This document shows, piece after piece, positions 38,840-52,000 of a stretch of DNA of 64,000 nucleotides. The notes below the pieces were generated by a model. That model did no database searches. It was not told the origin of the DNA and saw nothing but the letters and a program-made list of their open reading frames with translations. The translations under genes and the position numbers were made by a program. The DNA lies in NCBI GenBank assembly GCA_023213395.1, contig CM041465.1, positions 179,931,741-179,995,740 of the forward strand, read 5' to 3'. The stretch comes from Cycas panzhihuaensis. Taxonomy: Eukaryota > Plantae > Cycadophyta. Each line of letters starts with the position of its first letter. Position 1 is the stretch's first letter.

Positions 38840-41800
38840 AAGGTTCAAGAATTTAATTTCAGTTAGAGACTTTGTAAGTATGTCAGCAATCTGTAAATCT
38901 ATTGGACAATAAGATAAAGAAACAAGATTATCATTAACTAAATTACGAATAAAATATTGATGTAATTCAATATGTTTAGTCCTAGAATGAGAAATTGGAT
39001 TTGTAGCTATAGCAATTTCACCTTGATTATCAACTTTAATTTTAATTGAAGAGTTTAGAGACAGACCAATTTCATTTAGTAGTGATTTAAGCCATAGTGC
39101 TTCTTTACCAACTTCAACTAATGCTCGATATTTAGCTTCAGTTATTGATAATGCTAGTCCCTACATTTTTTTGTTATACCAAGTAATAGGTGAGAAATCT
39201 ATAAAAAATACATAACCTGAAGTAGATTTACGATTAGATATATCACCTGCCCAATCAGAATCAGTATATCCAGTTAACGTTAGTGGTTTATTACAAAAAT
39301 ATAAGTTAGTCCATAAAAGATAGTATGCTTTAGATAACGTAAGATACATTTAATGGCTTTCCAATGAGATTCGTGTGGTTGTTGCATATAACGGGAACAT
39401 AAAGCAACAGCATAAGAAATGTCAGGGTGGGTGTGTGTTAGATAAATTAGACTACCAATGAGTTGTCTATATAGAGTTAGATCACATAATGGAGTTAGAC
39501 AATCAGTAGATAGTTTAACTCCTGATTGTAACAGATTAGATACAGGTTTAGTATTTTCCATGTTAAACTGCTGAATTAAGTCTAGAATATACTTAAGTTG
39601 AAATATTGTTATATTTAAAGGATTTTGATAAACTAGTAAACCAAGAAAGTAATGTAATAGACCTAAATCAGTCATTTCAAATTTGTTTATTAAAGTAGAT
39701 TTTAAATAATGAATATTAAGAATTGATGATCTAGTAATGATAATGTCATCAACATAGAGGATTAGAATAGTAAGATTTTCATTTTCATGTTTAAAATAAA
39801 AATTTAGATCATTAATACATTTAGTGTATCTAATGTGAATTAAATAATCATAAACTTTGGTATACCAAGCTCGAGGACCTTGTTTTAAACTGTAAATGGA
39901 TTTTTTAAGTTTGCAAACTAAATTAGGATTTTCAATAAATCTAGATAATTGAGACGATAGATCTCTTCTTTGAGAACACCATTCAAGAAAACACTCTTAA
40001 CATCCATTTGGTGGATTTCTCAACTAAACTTAGCTGCAAGAGCAATAATTATCTTGATTGTATTCATCTTTGTGACAGGAGAAAATGTTTTATTATAGCC
40101 AATGCCATCTATATGAGAGAATCCTTTGGTAACAAGGTGAACTTTATATTTTTCACTACGCGTTAAGTTATATTTAGTTCTATAGACCTATTTATAGTTG
40201 ACAACATTTTTACCAGGTAGGAGAGGAACAAGATCCCAAGTTGAATTTTTAATTAAGGCAACAAATTTAGTTCAGATAGCATCCCCGCCATACAGGATTG
40301 TTGTTAGCTTGTTTAAATATTTTGGGATCATTGTTATCCATTATTTTGCCATTAAGGTAAAATTAGCATGTAGTTTTATGCATATGTGCATCTAGAATCG
40401 GTAGGATTACCTACATCGATCCATCCTCGAAGCGTTTTGGTTTCCCAAACAAAGTTGCTTATGAGTAACTGTATCTGAAGATGCATGTTGATTTGATGAA
40501 CTAGCCTGAAAGCAAGGATCTATTTCAAGGTTCGGATAGAGTCCAATTTTAGACTTGAGTTGATAAAGATTCTATAACTTCTGAATCAACTTGTTTATCA
40601 GAAGGGTCAACTGAATGAGTGTTGGTTAACAAATTTTCAATAGGAAGTTCTACATAAGTAGATGGTGAAGAAGATCCTTCTTCATCAAATATTACATCAT
40701 GCAAAATAGAAATGTTATGTGACCGGATCTAAGAGTCTATAAGCTTTTACTCTTCATTGTATCCAACGAAGATATATTTTTGAATTTTTGTCTAATTTTT
40801 TACGTTTTCTTGAGGGATATATCCCCATGCAATCGCCAAAGATTCATAAATGATTGATAGATGGTTTTCCTCCGCACCACTTTTATTTTGGAGTAACGCT
40901 CAGAGACATTTACTAGGTAAACGATTTAATAAATAATTAGAGCGATTAATTGCTTCGCCCATAATTTTAAATCTAGATTCTTTGCATGTAACATGCAACA
41001 AGTCATCTCAACCGTAGTACGATTTTTGGCTCAAGAATCGCTTTGTTGAGGTGTGTAAGCAATGGAATGTTCGAATCAAATTCGCGTGTGATTTACAGAA
41101 AGAGGTAAATTTTCTACTTAAATATTCCTTAGTATTATCAGATTAAAATATTTTGATTCTTGAATTTGATTGATTTTCAACTAAGGTTTTATATTCAACG
41201 AAAATATCAAATACTTGATTGCATGTTTTAAGCATATAAACCCAACATTTTCTTGAATAATCATGTATGAATGTAACAAAATAACGAGAATCTAAGTATG
41301 ATGTTACATGAAAAGGTCCACATATGTCGACCGACAAGTTCGAGTGGAGCAATTGCTCAGATTGAGTTTTGTGTGGAAATGATTCCATGTGTTGTTTGCC
41401 TATCACACAGTGCTTCACAAACACCATAAATGTGTTTAAGGGTGGTAAACCATGAACCATTTCATGTTTCTTTAAATATTGTAGTTTGCCATAACTTTTA
41501 TGGCTAAATCTTACATGCCAACGTTTGTTGACTGAGTCAGAAATGGTAATAATGGCACTAAAAGATTTTGATTTATTATTTTGAAGATTGGTTAGACTAT
41601 AGAGACACGTGTTATGATCAATGTGTTCAAGCAATATATCCGAATTTGTTTGATGGTTCCTTTATGATAAATTTATTTTCCGTAATTCAACGACAAGGTC
41701 TTTGGCGCATCCGATAGACTAAGAGTAGGTTTGGTAACAAACCAGGTACGTAAAAGATGTCCTTGATTGAACCGCCTTTAGAATAATGTCACATAATCCT

Positions 41801-42950
41801 TTGACTTTAAGTTGATTACCACTTCTAAAAGAAATCTTTTCTTCGTAGTTCAGACGATTGATAAGTGGTTAAATTTTTCTAGTATCCAAATATGATGGGA
41901 CGCACTGTAGTCAAGGATCCACCGTGGTGGGTGATTTGAAAGAGCAACAAATGCGTGTTGTTGCTACTAAAGAATGATTATAAGATTGATGATTTTAGAG
42001 TCGTGATTAAGAATGAGATTGAAAATGAGATTGAGAATGAGATTGAGGTTTATTTTGTAACCCCTTGAAAGCTTTCCATGCTTTCAAGCTATTCTACTTT
42101 ACAGACATCAATAGTATGGCCTCTTTTATAACAATAGGCACAACTAGTGTTCTGAGAAGAAGTTGCATTGTTCCTATTAGAAAAGAATTGATTAGAAGTA
42201 TTCTGGTGTTTAGTTGGACAAGAATATTTAACATTATTTTGTGAATTAGACGGTGAACCTCTGTGAGGTTTCTAGAATTTTGGATTATTATGAAAATTAT
42301 TGTTCTGTTTGTTTTTAAATTATAGCTTAGTTTTAGAAAATAAAGCACGTGAAGGATCTTTTAATGCACCGTTTGAATTAACATTATTTGATGTTCAATC
42401 ACCGCTTGTCAACCGATTGAATGTTATAGGTGGGTTGCCACTTGTTGTTGGCGCTTTATAGAGATTAAAGTGTTTAGGTAGTTTGTTTATCGCAAGATAT
42501 ACGAGTGTGTCGTCGCCTTTAATATGGGTAGTTATTTTTCAACATCACCTTCTTTGGTTTTAGATTTGATGCGATTATCTAGATCTTTATTAATTGATTA
42601 AATTTTAGTTAAAAATCCTCAACATTTGAAAAGTCGTTAAAATTCGGGTTATACGTCGCTATTCTAAGATGTACCACTTGATGTGTATCAACCTTGTCAT
42701 ATTTTTCTTACAAGGTTTTCCAAACAGTGGCTAAGTCATCTTTTTCATAAAACTGGCCGATTTACGTGAGAGTGTATTTAATATGGTGCCTAAGGCGAGA
42801 TCCGAGTTCATCAGATATACCATAAGACTCTCAGTAGCATCTGCTTTTAGTTTTTGAAATTCACCTATCACATATCACCATATCTTTTCTTCGTTTGAGC
42901 TGATGGGATATGCGATTCCTCCATTTGGCAGAGTTTGAGCTAGTTAATAC
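38840..42950 (-). pseudogene. Copia gag-pol polyprotein (frameshifted)
   Basis: CCHC knuckle CAYCYKRGHTIDVC (about 42100-42145). Protease WILDYSASHHI (about 41890-41922). GAG-pre-integrase WHVRFSH and integrase DICGPF..YFVTFIHDYSRKCWVY. RT LYVDDIII and MTDLGLLHYFLG. RNase H GYTDSDWAGDISNRKSTSGY and HSRTKHIE. Confidence 0.95.
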
Positions 42951-43149
42951 TGGAATTGGAATGCAGGCGACTGTCCCTGGCATTAATGCCATATTGGGAG
43001 TGTTATGGTTTGATTATAGATTGAAGAGTTAAGAAGGTGATTGGAAAAATAATTACTTAGTGAAAGTACTAATCATGTTAACAGATATAATTCACGAAGG
43101 TATTCTAGTATGTATTAATTGTATTTAAGAAAAAAATCATGTGTTTATA

Positions 43150-44280
43150 AATAGATTGAATAAACAAACAACTTCTTAAAATGTTGCCTTAAGTAGTCCC
43201 TTTTGATAAACAGTTCTTTTTGAGAAATAATCTCCCTTTGATAAATAGTCCCCCTTTGATAAATAAATTAGTTTCCCTTACTCTAATGAAAAGTCCCCAG
43301 TCGATTAAAATAGTTCTTAAAAAAATTATATGTTGTTAAGCAAATAGTCCCCCTTTGATAGACAGTCCCTATTTAATAAACAAACCCCTTTTTGATAGAA
43401 AGAAATTGTCCCCTTTCAAAATAAAAAATCTCCCTTAATTAAAAAATAAACAGTTCTCTTTAACAAAGTATTTACTTAAAAAAGTTTAAGTTCCAAAAAT
43501 ATTAATAAAGTGTGGAATTAAAGCAATTAATTATCTTTTGAAATTGACTTTGTTAAGTGCTTTAAGATGATAATAATGTTGAAGATATAAAACTAGTATA
43601 TAAAGATATATTTTGCCAAAAAAAAGTCTATACTATCTAAAAAACTTTATAGTAAGGAGGAGTTAAAGGGGAGGAGATTTTGTTTATATATTAATTCTAA
43701 TAGATAAATTAATCTTTAACAATAAAATGTGAAGGGGGGTACTAATGTAATAAATATATTACACTATAGTAAGGGGCGGTATTTGATTATATCAAAATAT
43801 AATAAGGGAAAAGGGGGGCTACTGATTAAATTAAAATCAAAACATGATAGAAAAGGTGGGGGTGTTTGATTTTATTTAAATCAAAATGTGATTAAGGGTA
43901 TTGCTTATGTTTTATTAAAGAGAAAATGTTCAAAATGGGGGTGTTGATTTAATTTAAATCAACATATGATAAAACAGGGGGCGGGGGCTAATGTTAATTT
44001 ATAAATCAATAATAAAGTGTTGCGCTATTTTAATGTTAAGGGAAAAGAAAAGAAAAGAAAAAATAAAATTAAAGACCTTGTATTATAATAAAATGTAATA
44101 GAGGTATTTGATTATATCAAAAATATGATAAGAGATTAAATATAAATCAAAAGAGTAATAAGGAAAAAGAGGGGGTATAAAGTTTTATTTAAACTAAAGT
44201 ATGATAAAAAAGGGTATTTGATTTAATCAAAGTATGATAAAAGGGAGGGGCGGGTTATGTTTCATTTAAATCAAAAATAA
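43150..44280. repeat. Two degenerate short-repeat arrays in the copia 5' leader
   Basis: AAATAGTCCCCCTTTGATA-like units at 43190-43440 and GGGG..TTTGATT..ATCAAAATATGATA-like units at 43730-44280. Confidence 0.7.
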
Positions 44281-44459
44281 AAAAGAAAAAAACTAAACAT
44301 AAATGGACCCAGCGGAGTTTTAGATTATATTGAATGAAATTAAATTTTAATTAATTTTGAGATCCGAGGGGGTAAGGGAGACGAAACCCTACCTCATTTT
44401 CGCAATGGTGGTGGCACTGCTCCTGGTTTTCTTCTTTGTTTTGTTTTGTTGTAGGTCGA

Positions 44460-44539
44460 TTCTCCTGTGTAGGCATTTGGCAGCACGATCATGTAGAAAT
44501 CATTGCCAATGATCGGACGACTCCATCTTATGTGGCCTT
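44460..44539 (+). pseudogene. HSP70: Cytosolic HSP70 N-terminal fragment (about 27 codons)
   Basis: Reads [26 protein letters not shown] versus the conserved plant cytosolic Hsp70 [30 protein letters not shown], with a 9-nt deletion of QGN. Confidence 0.92.
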
Positions 44540-44866
44540 GGTACAGCTGCTGCCCTGATGCCTGACGATGTGATTGAAAATGCAGTTTTAATGGCTATTG
44601 AGAGTGGCTATAGGCATGTCGATACTACATCTCTGTACGAATCTGAGCGTGTCGTAGGGAAGGCCCTCAAGAAAGTATTTGAAAGAAGGCTTATCAACAG
44701 AGAAGATGCTTTCGTTACTACCAAGATTTGGTGCACAGATAATCACCTGGACTATGTATTACTGGCCCTGCAGAGGAGCCTCAAGGAATTACAGCTCGAT
44801 TGCGTGGACCTATATTTGATGCACTGGCCTGTGCGCGTGAAGGAAGGAATCGTGTTACCGATGTAA
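44534..44866 (+). pseudogene. Aldo-keto reductase (plant AKR4-like) N-terminal third, uninterrupted by introns; probable retrocopy fragment
   Basis: [45 protein letters not shown]...REDAFVTTKIWCTDNH...LQRSLKELQLDCVDLYLMHWPVR. The Asp-Tyr-Lys-His catalytic tetrad is present. The fragment is truncated at both ends. Confidence 0.93.
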
Positions 44867-45449
44867 CTCCCAAAGATAACCTACCCTTAAACAAGGATTC
44901 TTTCAAAGGGAATGAAGAGGAAACGTCAAGGATTTCTTCCTCTATCACGCCAGTAAGGCCAAGCACCTATTGATGAAGCGAAGGATCAATCCTCCTTTCT
45001 CGAAAGAATAGACATCGAGACATCACGACCATCGCCTTTCAAAGTGCCTCCGCACTGGGTTTCCATCATACCCTAGTTTGATGGGTATGGATGCAATAAG
45101 CTTTGGGCTCCACTGTTTCAAAGAATGTATCCTGCACCGCTTCTAGGGTTTTCCCTCTTCTATCGCAAGATTAGCATCGCCAAACTAGTGGGATCTACCT
45201 TGTTCCGATGCCGCGATCTTTGCCATGGGGCCTCGATCGCCGCGGACCCGGCCAAACTCGTGGTACCGCTGGTTTGACGCCATGAAGGTAGAATCAGAGA
45301 AAAAAGAGATGGGGCTCTAAGGGGCCTAAATCTCGATCAGGAGGAGCTGAGAAATAGCCTAAAAGATGAGGAATGTGTAGACTTGGCTCTGATTAATGTG
45401 GTTGGCATTTTACAGCCTATGATCGCAGTAGAAAACTGCGAGAATATAA

Positions 45450-46450
45450 GGATGGCTATGTTTAGTTTTATTGAGATGATGACCAGGGAGGATCGGGAGA
45501 TCCTACGGAGGTGTAGCTTGCTGAAGGTCACTAGGATGCCCTAGTACATGTCAGACGAGCAGCTATTGATCAACATTATGTCGCATTGGGACAGGAGGGG
45601 GTATGTCTTCCACCTACCCCAGGTAGGAGATGTATCAGTGACGCCAAGAGATATCGGAGAATCTTGGGGAGTACCAAAGAACGAGGAGGCCGTGGCACTA
45701 GGAGCGCTGCCCAGCAATGAGGCAACACACCGAAGGCATCAATATTTTCACAAGTTTAGATAGATGGAAGAGACAGGGATTCCTCTCAGACCATGGTCAT
45801 GTCGTGATTCCTCGAGTGAGGAAGTTGATCACACTATGCAACTGCTCTAGATCTCCTAAATAGAATTATAGGGACATACTGAGAGGATGGATGGGCACGG
45901 TACGCCAATGCGAGGTGGGAGAGCGGATGGACTAGGCGATCTAATAGCGGTGAACCTCGTCACGCCCAGACGCTTAGTGGTAGTGCAAGAAAGGACTCTC
46001 ATATAGTACGCTATTGCAGGTGTTGGTTCTTCGACCACTTTGGAGCAAAGGGCACCTGGGGGGACTACGCCCTATCGCAAAGTGGGCCCCGATGGTCCAT
46101 AGATGGCAGACAAGGCTTAGAGGGACCGAGGACCAGGCTCATGTCCATTGCTTGGTGGAGACCACATCACTAGATCTCCTCACTCTGATAGATTGCAGGA
46201 GGATCCGTACAGGTTGGTTAGGTGGGATAGTGACGATGAGGCTGGAGGAGAAGGGGTGCCCCCGGGAGATGATGAGGGCAGTGATGGAGGTGATGGGACT
46301 GGCCCATCATGAGCTGCAGGAGAGGCAGGTCCATCGGGTAGAGAGGCAGGCCCATCATGGACTGCGGAGGAGGGTAGAGGCCTAATGACACAGGCCCAGA
46401 GGCTACAGATCATCAGGAGATCTAGAGAGGTGGTAACTACACCAGCCACA
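45450..46450 (+). pseudogene. Plant Mobile Domain (PMD) extra ORF of Tat copy B, antisense to pol
   Basis: FSFIEMMTREDREILRRCSLLKVTRMP*YMSDEQLLINIMSHWDRRGYVFHLPQVGDVSVTPRDIGESWGVP: PMD signature, collinear with the copy A ORF. Confidence 0.8.
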
Positions 46451-48001
46451 AAGAGGAGGGATGCCCCAACAGTTGAGGCAGTAGCAGAGGAGGTATCCAA
46501 GGAGGAGGAGGTACCGCAATGGTGGAGTATCGGAGAGGGAGGCAACAGACGAGTTGAGGAGTGGCGGCTACACCAAGTGAGACATGACCATTTCCTACCG
46601 CCGTTTGATTGCAAGATATATACGTATTATGTGGTTTTAATTTGATATCTATATAGACATGGACTAATATGTAGCATGTTGGATTGCAATTATGGTAGAT
46701 ATTTAGAGGTTGGTGGAGGCGAGTCCGAGAGATATTCCCTCGTGCCTATGTGGAGGGACGACCTCCCATCCAAAGCAGCGATGAGCCCAGATCGGCAACA
46801 CACGACAAAGATTCGCCCCATTGATAAGGGCGAGAGACATATGGATAGTAGAGTTCCAAGAGCATGAGGCACATGTGGGGCATCTGCAGGCAGAGATGGA
46901 TGCCATCTGATCTGAGAGGGATGCCCTATAGACACAGGTGCAGGTACTAGAGGCTCAGGGATGATCCAGAGGGGATATGGGGGCCATATCCGGTGATAGT
47001 GCCGGAGGAGCAACTCCGGGATGGAGGAGAGGTTCTGACTCATGGAGATGGAGCAGATCATATCTAGGCACGATACAATCGATCGGGTGGAGGACATGGC
47101 ATCGAGGTTAGCATAGAGCAGGACGTAGACTCACACAGCAGTGACAACCTCGAGGAGGCCACGGGACGAGGGGAGCGAGGCAGGGAGCTCACAGAGACTC
47201 AGGAGGAGTCTCGGAGGGATGTGGTTCCCAGGAGAGAGATCACATCGACCAGAGACGATGCCCTAGGGCAAGCAGAGGGTAGTATATGTTTTTTGTTTTA
47301 GACATGGGAAAGCACGGGCCTCTAGGGGGTCACCATATATAGTCACATGATTGTACCCCCCTCCCTGTAAGGACACCTGCTTCCCATAGACAATGCACCA
47401 TACCATATGTATGATATGACACATGATTTTGATGTATATAGACAGGGTGATTGATACCTCATTTTAACATATGATGATGTGTATCATAATGTGTGTTTGA
47501 TGATATGTATGTTTTATTTACATGTTTATATGTGTGTGATGGTGCACAGATGTACGAGGGTATGTATGGTTATATTTTGAGTTGATTATTATATGAGATT
47601 TATGTTATGACGTTTGTTTAGGTTACGCATATTTCCTTTCATGCAGGGCCATATACCTAACAGGAGCACACACAACCACTATGAGTAGAGATGATCAACA
47701 TATGCAGGGTTAGGAAATAGGGCAACATGCATGTCCATATGGGAGCATGGCGGGATATGCAAAGGAAATACCAAGCGAGAGGGGAGTGACGATACTCCAA
47801 AGCATTGTCCTAGATGGGGGCTGCCCAAATAGGAGGACAAGGTCCTAAGGAAAATGGGAACAAGGGTTCCACGGGAGGAACTAGAAAGAAATGAAAGGGG
47901 CCATCCTAAGTCGTCATTCTACCCATGGCTAGGGGAAATGGAAACAAACTTAAGATGGTAGTTTAGGCTCATTTCAGAGCGTGAATAAGGTGATGGTGAG
48001 G

Positions 48002-49280
48002 TTACAAGTAGAATTTCTTAAGGAATTTCCCATTAACAACTTTTTCAAACTCAAGGCCCTCCAAGGTGGTGATCCTATAGGCACTGTTACTGAGGCTCTC
48101 GATGACGACAAAATGGCCAACCCATTTAGGCCTGAATTTTGCCAAGCGGTCATGAAGATACTCCAATTTAAGGACATGATCCCCGGGAAACAAAGGATGA
48201 GAATGAAGATGTTTATCATAGGTCCTTTATGAGTGGGCTTTGGATGCTAAGTTAGCTTGGTAGGCAATTAAGTGTCTCTCATCCAAAGCTTCGAGGTCTA
48301 GGAGGTGAGCTTGATGGATCAACTCCTCATCAATGAGACCTCGAAGAGAGACTTGCAAGGAGGGGATCTCTACTTCCAACAGGAGTACCACCTCGATACC
48401 ATAAACCAGGGAGAATAGGGTCATTCCCATGACAGAATAGACAAAGGTGCAGTACGCCCACAAGGTAGAAGGGAGCCGAAGGTGCCAGTCTCTTTGAGAC
48501 TCAGTGACAATTTTCTTTAAAATATTGATGAGAGTCTTGTTGAATGACTCCACTTGACTATTTGCCTGGGGGTAGTAAAGGGAGAAAGTTTTGTGAGAGA
48601 TTTTAAATTTCTCACAAAGCTCATCCATTTCCTTGTTACAAAAGGGGGTTCTGCTGTCGAATTAGGACATCGTGAATCCTAAAACGACAAATGATATACT
48701 AGTAAACGAAGGTAGTTATCACCTTGCTAGGGGTAGTAACTAGAGGGATGGCCTCTGTCCATTTAGTAAAGTATTCCATAGTAGTCAAGATAAACTTATG
48801 ATGCGACGAGGAAGGTGGGGAGATAGCCCCGATGAGGTCTAGACCCTACTGAGTGAAAGGCCACAGAGATATGATGGGGTGAAGGGCCTCGAAAGGTACA
48901 TGGGAGATGTTAGCGTGTTCCTGACATCGCCGACACCTCAGGGCAAAAGCATGGGCGTCCTTGAAGAGGGACGACCAAAAGTAGCCCATACGAAGGATCC
49001 TCTAGGCCATAGATTGGCCCCCAAAGTGACCCTCGTAAACGCCATGGTGGCATTTACAGAGTATTTGGTCTGCTTCGTCGATAGTGATGCAACGGAGGAG
49101 GATCTCATTGAAAGACCTCTTGTACAATACTTCATCCATGAGGAAGTATTGTCTAGCAGAAGTCTGGATATGATATCTAACCTTACTACTAGCTTCGTGG
49201 CTATGATTGCCGTGTCGTACGCACAATGTCGCCATACCACTCCTTGTCAATGAGTAGATGGAGAGGGACGTCTGAATAAT
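48002..49280 (-). pseudogene. Gypsy (Tat) integrase
   Basis: LYKRSFNEILLRCI..CHHGVYEGHFGG zinc-binding region; YYPQANSQVESFNKTL; WHLRLPSTLWAY; LAKFRPKWVG..VNGKFLKKFY. Confidence 0.95.
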
Positions 49281-49299
49281 CAAGATGGACTCATCGAAG

Positions 49300-52000
49300 G
49301 GAATTATTAATAGGGATATCGAGCGAGTTAGGGATAGGCGTGAGTTGCTTAGCCACTACCATCTCTTCTTCAATTTCCGTTAACGATATGAAGATTAAAT
49401 TCCTAAAGTAAGATGGCCCAACTACCACCCTACCGCCAGTCCGAACGAGTGCGAGATATCACAGGGATCGACTAGCCGATCACCTTGGTGGTGTTACCAA
49501 GCAAGTAATGTCTAAACTTCTTGGTCGCGTGGTCCAAGGAGAGACATTCCTTCTGGCCAGAGAGTAGTTAAGTTTGGAAGCCACAAGGATGTAGTTGATA
49601 AAGTAGATAGCTCTCTCGACTCACGAGACGCCTTGAGCCAACATAGCGCCAGGGACTCGTTAGTCGAGGTATAAAGAATGAAGGGCCTATCGAAACAAGG
49701 GGTACCAACGTAGAGTGGAAGCAAGGGCTTCCTTAAGTCCTTCGAAGGCTTGTTAGGCCTTATCAGACCAAACAAATAGAGCTTCCTTATTCAATAGGTT
49801 TGTCAGGGGTTTGACACTTATGGTAAAGTCTACCGAAGCGCTCAAGAAACCGAGCCTACCTAGGAACAAGTTGATCTGTCGTTGGGTTCTAGGAAGCGGC
49901 ATATCAAGGATGCCTTGACCTTATCAGGGTCAATCTAAATTCCTTATTTTGATAGAAGAAATCCAAGGAGTTTGCTAAAAGTAACAGCAAACACACACTT
50001 GAGTGGGTTTAAGCTTATATGGTACTTACAGCATCGAGTGAAGATAGCCCACAAGTCAAAGGGATGATGGGCCCTGACATATGAGAGACCCATCATGTCA
50101 TCCATAAAGACCTCCAATGTGTCATCGATAAGGTCATGGAAGGTAAAGTGCATCACTCTTTGGTAAGTAGCGCATGCATTCTTGAGACCAAAGGGCATTG
50201 CCTTGTATCCAAAGGTACCCCACGGGATGGTGAAGGCCATCTTGTGGCGGTCTTCATGAGATATTTAGATCTAATTGTAGCCAGAGAAGCTGTCAATCAA
50301 GGACATAACTTTGAACCTAGCAGTTCAATCAATGATTTAATCAATGAAAGGGAGTGGAAAGTTGTCCTTAGGACATGCGTTGTTAATATCATGGAAATGA
50401 ATGCATATCTGGATGGTCCTATTCTTTTTAGTAATGGGAACGATGTTGGATACCCATTTAGGGTAGTCGATAAAAGTAATAACTCTAGCATCCAAAAGCT
50501 TCTTGACCTCCATCTTGACGCCACGAGAGTTTAGGTGGAGAGGACGCCGCTTTTGATGCACGGATGTGCACCGTGAATGGTAGTGAGATTATAGGTAATA
50601 ATGGAGGGTCAATTCCTTTCATGTCAGAATAATCCCATGCAAAGACATCTCGAAACTCCTGGAACAAAAGGGAATATTCCCTTACCTCATCAGGGGAGCA
50701 TTATGCCCCACCTTAATGACCTTATCGAGGAGCTAAGACTATGTCTGGGTCACCCCATGCATATGCCATTTCCCTCCTCGAAATGGAGAGGGCAAGGTCA
50801 GGAAGAGATGGAATAGGGATGGGATTGGGTCACGAGTGTGGACCGATCGCTGTAATCTTCGGTGGCCAAGCCTATGGTGACCATAAGGAAAGTTGGGCAC
50901 AGAGCTTGCTAAGTGCTCAAGTACGGCTTCATCGTCTTCGAAGTAATCCACCCCATGAATGACCTTACTCGAATAGATGAAGTCTTTGGAAGAAGTAGGG
51001 ACAATGAGACCGTGATGGTCGCCAAGTCGTCCAACCTCCTCAGAAGACTCTAAGAGTGAGTCAAGAAGGGCTCCTCGAAGGGGCAAAGGAACTTCTCGAA
51101 ACCATCACCGCAGAGGGTGACAGAGAGGAAGGATCAATGAGCCGTAGATCAATGCATGCAATGACATGAGACACAATGGGGTGACTAGTCTCACCAACGA
51201 GAGGGGTTCCAGGTTGGGACCTAGAACAAGAAGGGTGCATCCTACTAGTGCGAGGAAAGAAACGGGTGAGGAAAGCCCTCATCCTTATCATAGCACTCAT
51301 CATCGCTAAACGAGGTGAGGTACCCGTAGTTCCCAACAATCGATAGAGCGAAATGCGTGAGATTAGAGGAAGAAGATGCAAGATCTTCTTCAATGTGGGA
51401 TGGATCAGATATGCCGATAGAACAAGCTGAGGCATGAGTAGAAGGGCCTTGGCTTCCTTGGTTAATCGATAAGTTTACTTAACAGTGGGCATTCGCAGAA
51501 ATAACCCTCATTCGTCCATCGTGGACAAATTTAAGTTACCCCCCTGGGTCGAACACACGACTCCCATCCGATCGAGCCATGCTCGACCCAAGAGAAGATT
51601 ATAGTCGATGTTAACGCCAAGGACTATAATGTCGCCGAGGACGCCTTACCCTCAAGAGTGAGTAGGATTGAAATGGATCTTAATGGAGTCTTTTCACTAC
51701 CGTCGTAGCCTTGGCATCACCATGGAACAGTTCCAAGGCGTAAATGCTAAGCTCTTGTATAACATGCAAGGGCATGGCATTCATAGAAGAACTATTGTCG
51801 ATAACATCCTTCAGAGAAACAGTCAAGTGTATCAATAGTGATGGTGAATGGGAAGTTCCATTGGCGTTCCCTTTCACATGCAGGGGGAAGGTCTTTAGGG
51901 TCAAAGGGAATGGCGGGCTCATGACTTTGGGTAACACCCAAAACGTGAATGGGCACGCCATTCGATCCTAAAGCTTCTAAAAAGAGAGTCATTGTTCGGG
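49300..52000 (-). pseudogene. pol: Gypsy (Tat) protease, reverse transcriptase and RNase H (frameshifted)
   Basis: Protease VIDNSSSMNAMP and DYNLLLGRAWLD. RT FAWDYSDMKGIDP, WVSNIVPITKKN..NNACPKDNFPLPFID, YKAMPFGLKNACATYQR and VFMDDM. RH RPFILY. Confidence 0.93.

Larger units (their letters stand above)
38305..44400 (-). mobile_element. Ty1/copia retrotransposon, decayed, lacking its 5' LTR and PBS, abutting the 5' LTR of the previous element
   Basis: 3' LTR about 38305-38740 (...ATCTAACA) followed by the PPT complement TTCCCCTTT (38741). gag-PR-INT-RT-RH order on the minus strand. Repeat-rich leader at 43100-44300. Confidence 0.9.

Noticed and set aside
44862-44990. TGTAACTCCC as a new LTR start, or a frameshifted continuation of AKR (PKDNLPLNKDSFKGNEEE)
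   Set aside because: No partner LTR end or TSD was found, and the AKR resemblance is too weak in a region of doubtful sequence quality.
45856-47100. Several overlapping 60-144-aa ORFs on both strands; likewise those at 53764-57364
   Set aside because: They are frameshifted pieces or antisense shadows of the Tat PMD/extra ORF, leader and LTR, not independent genes.
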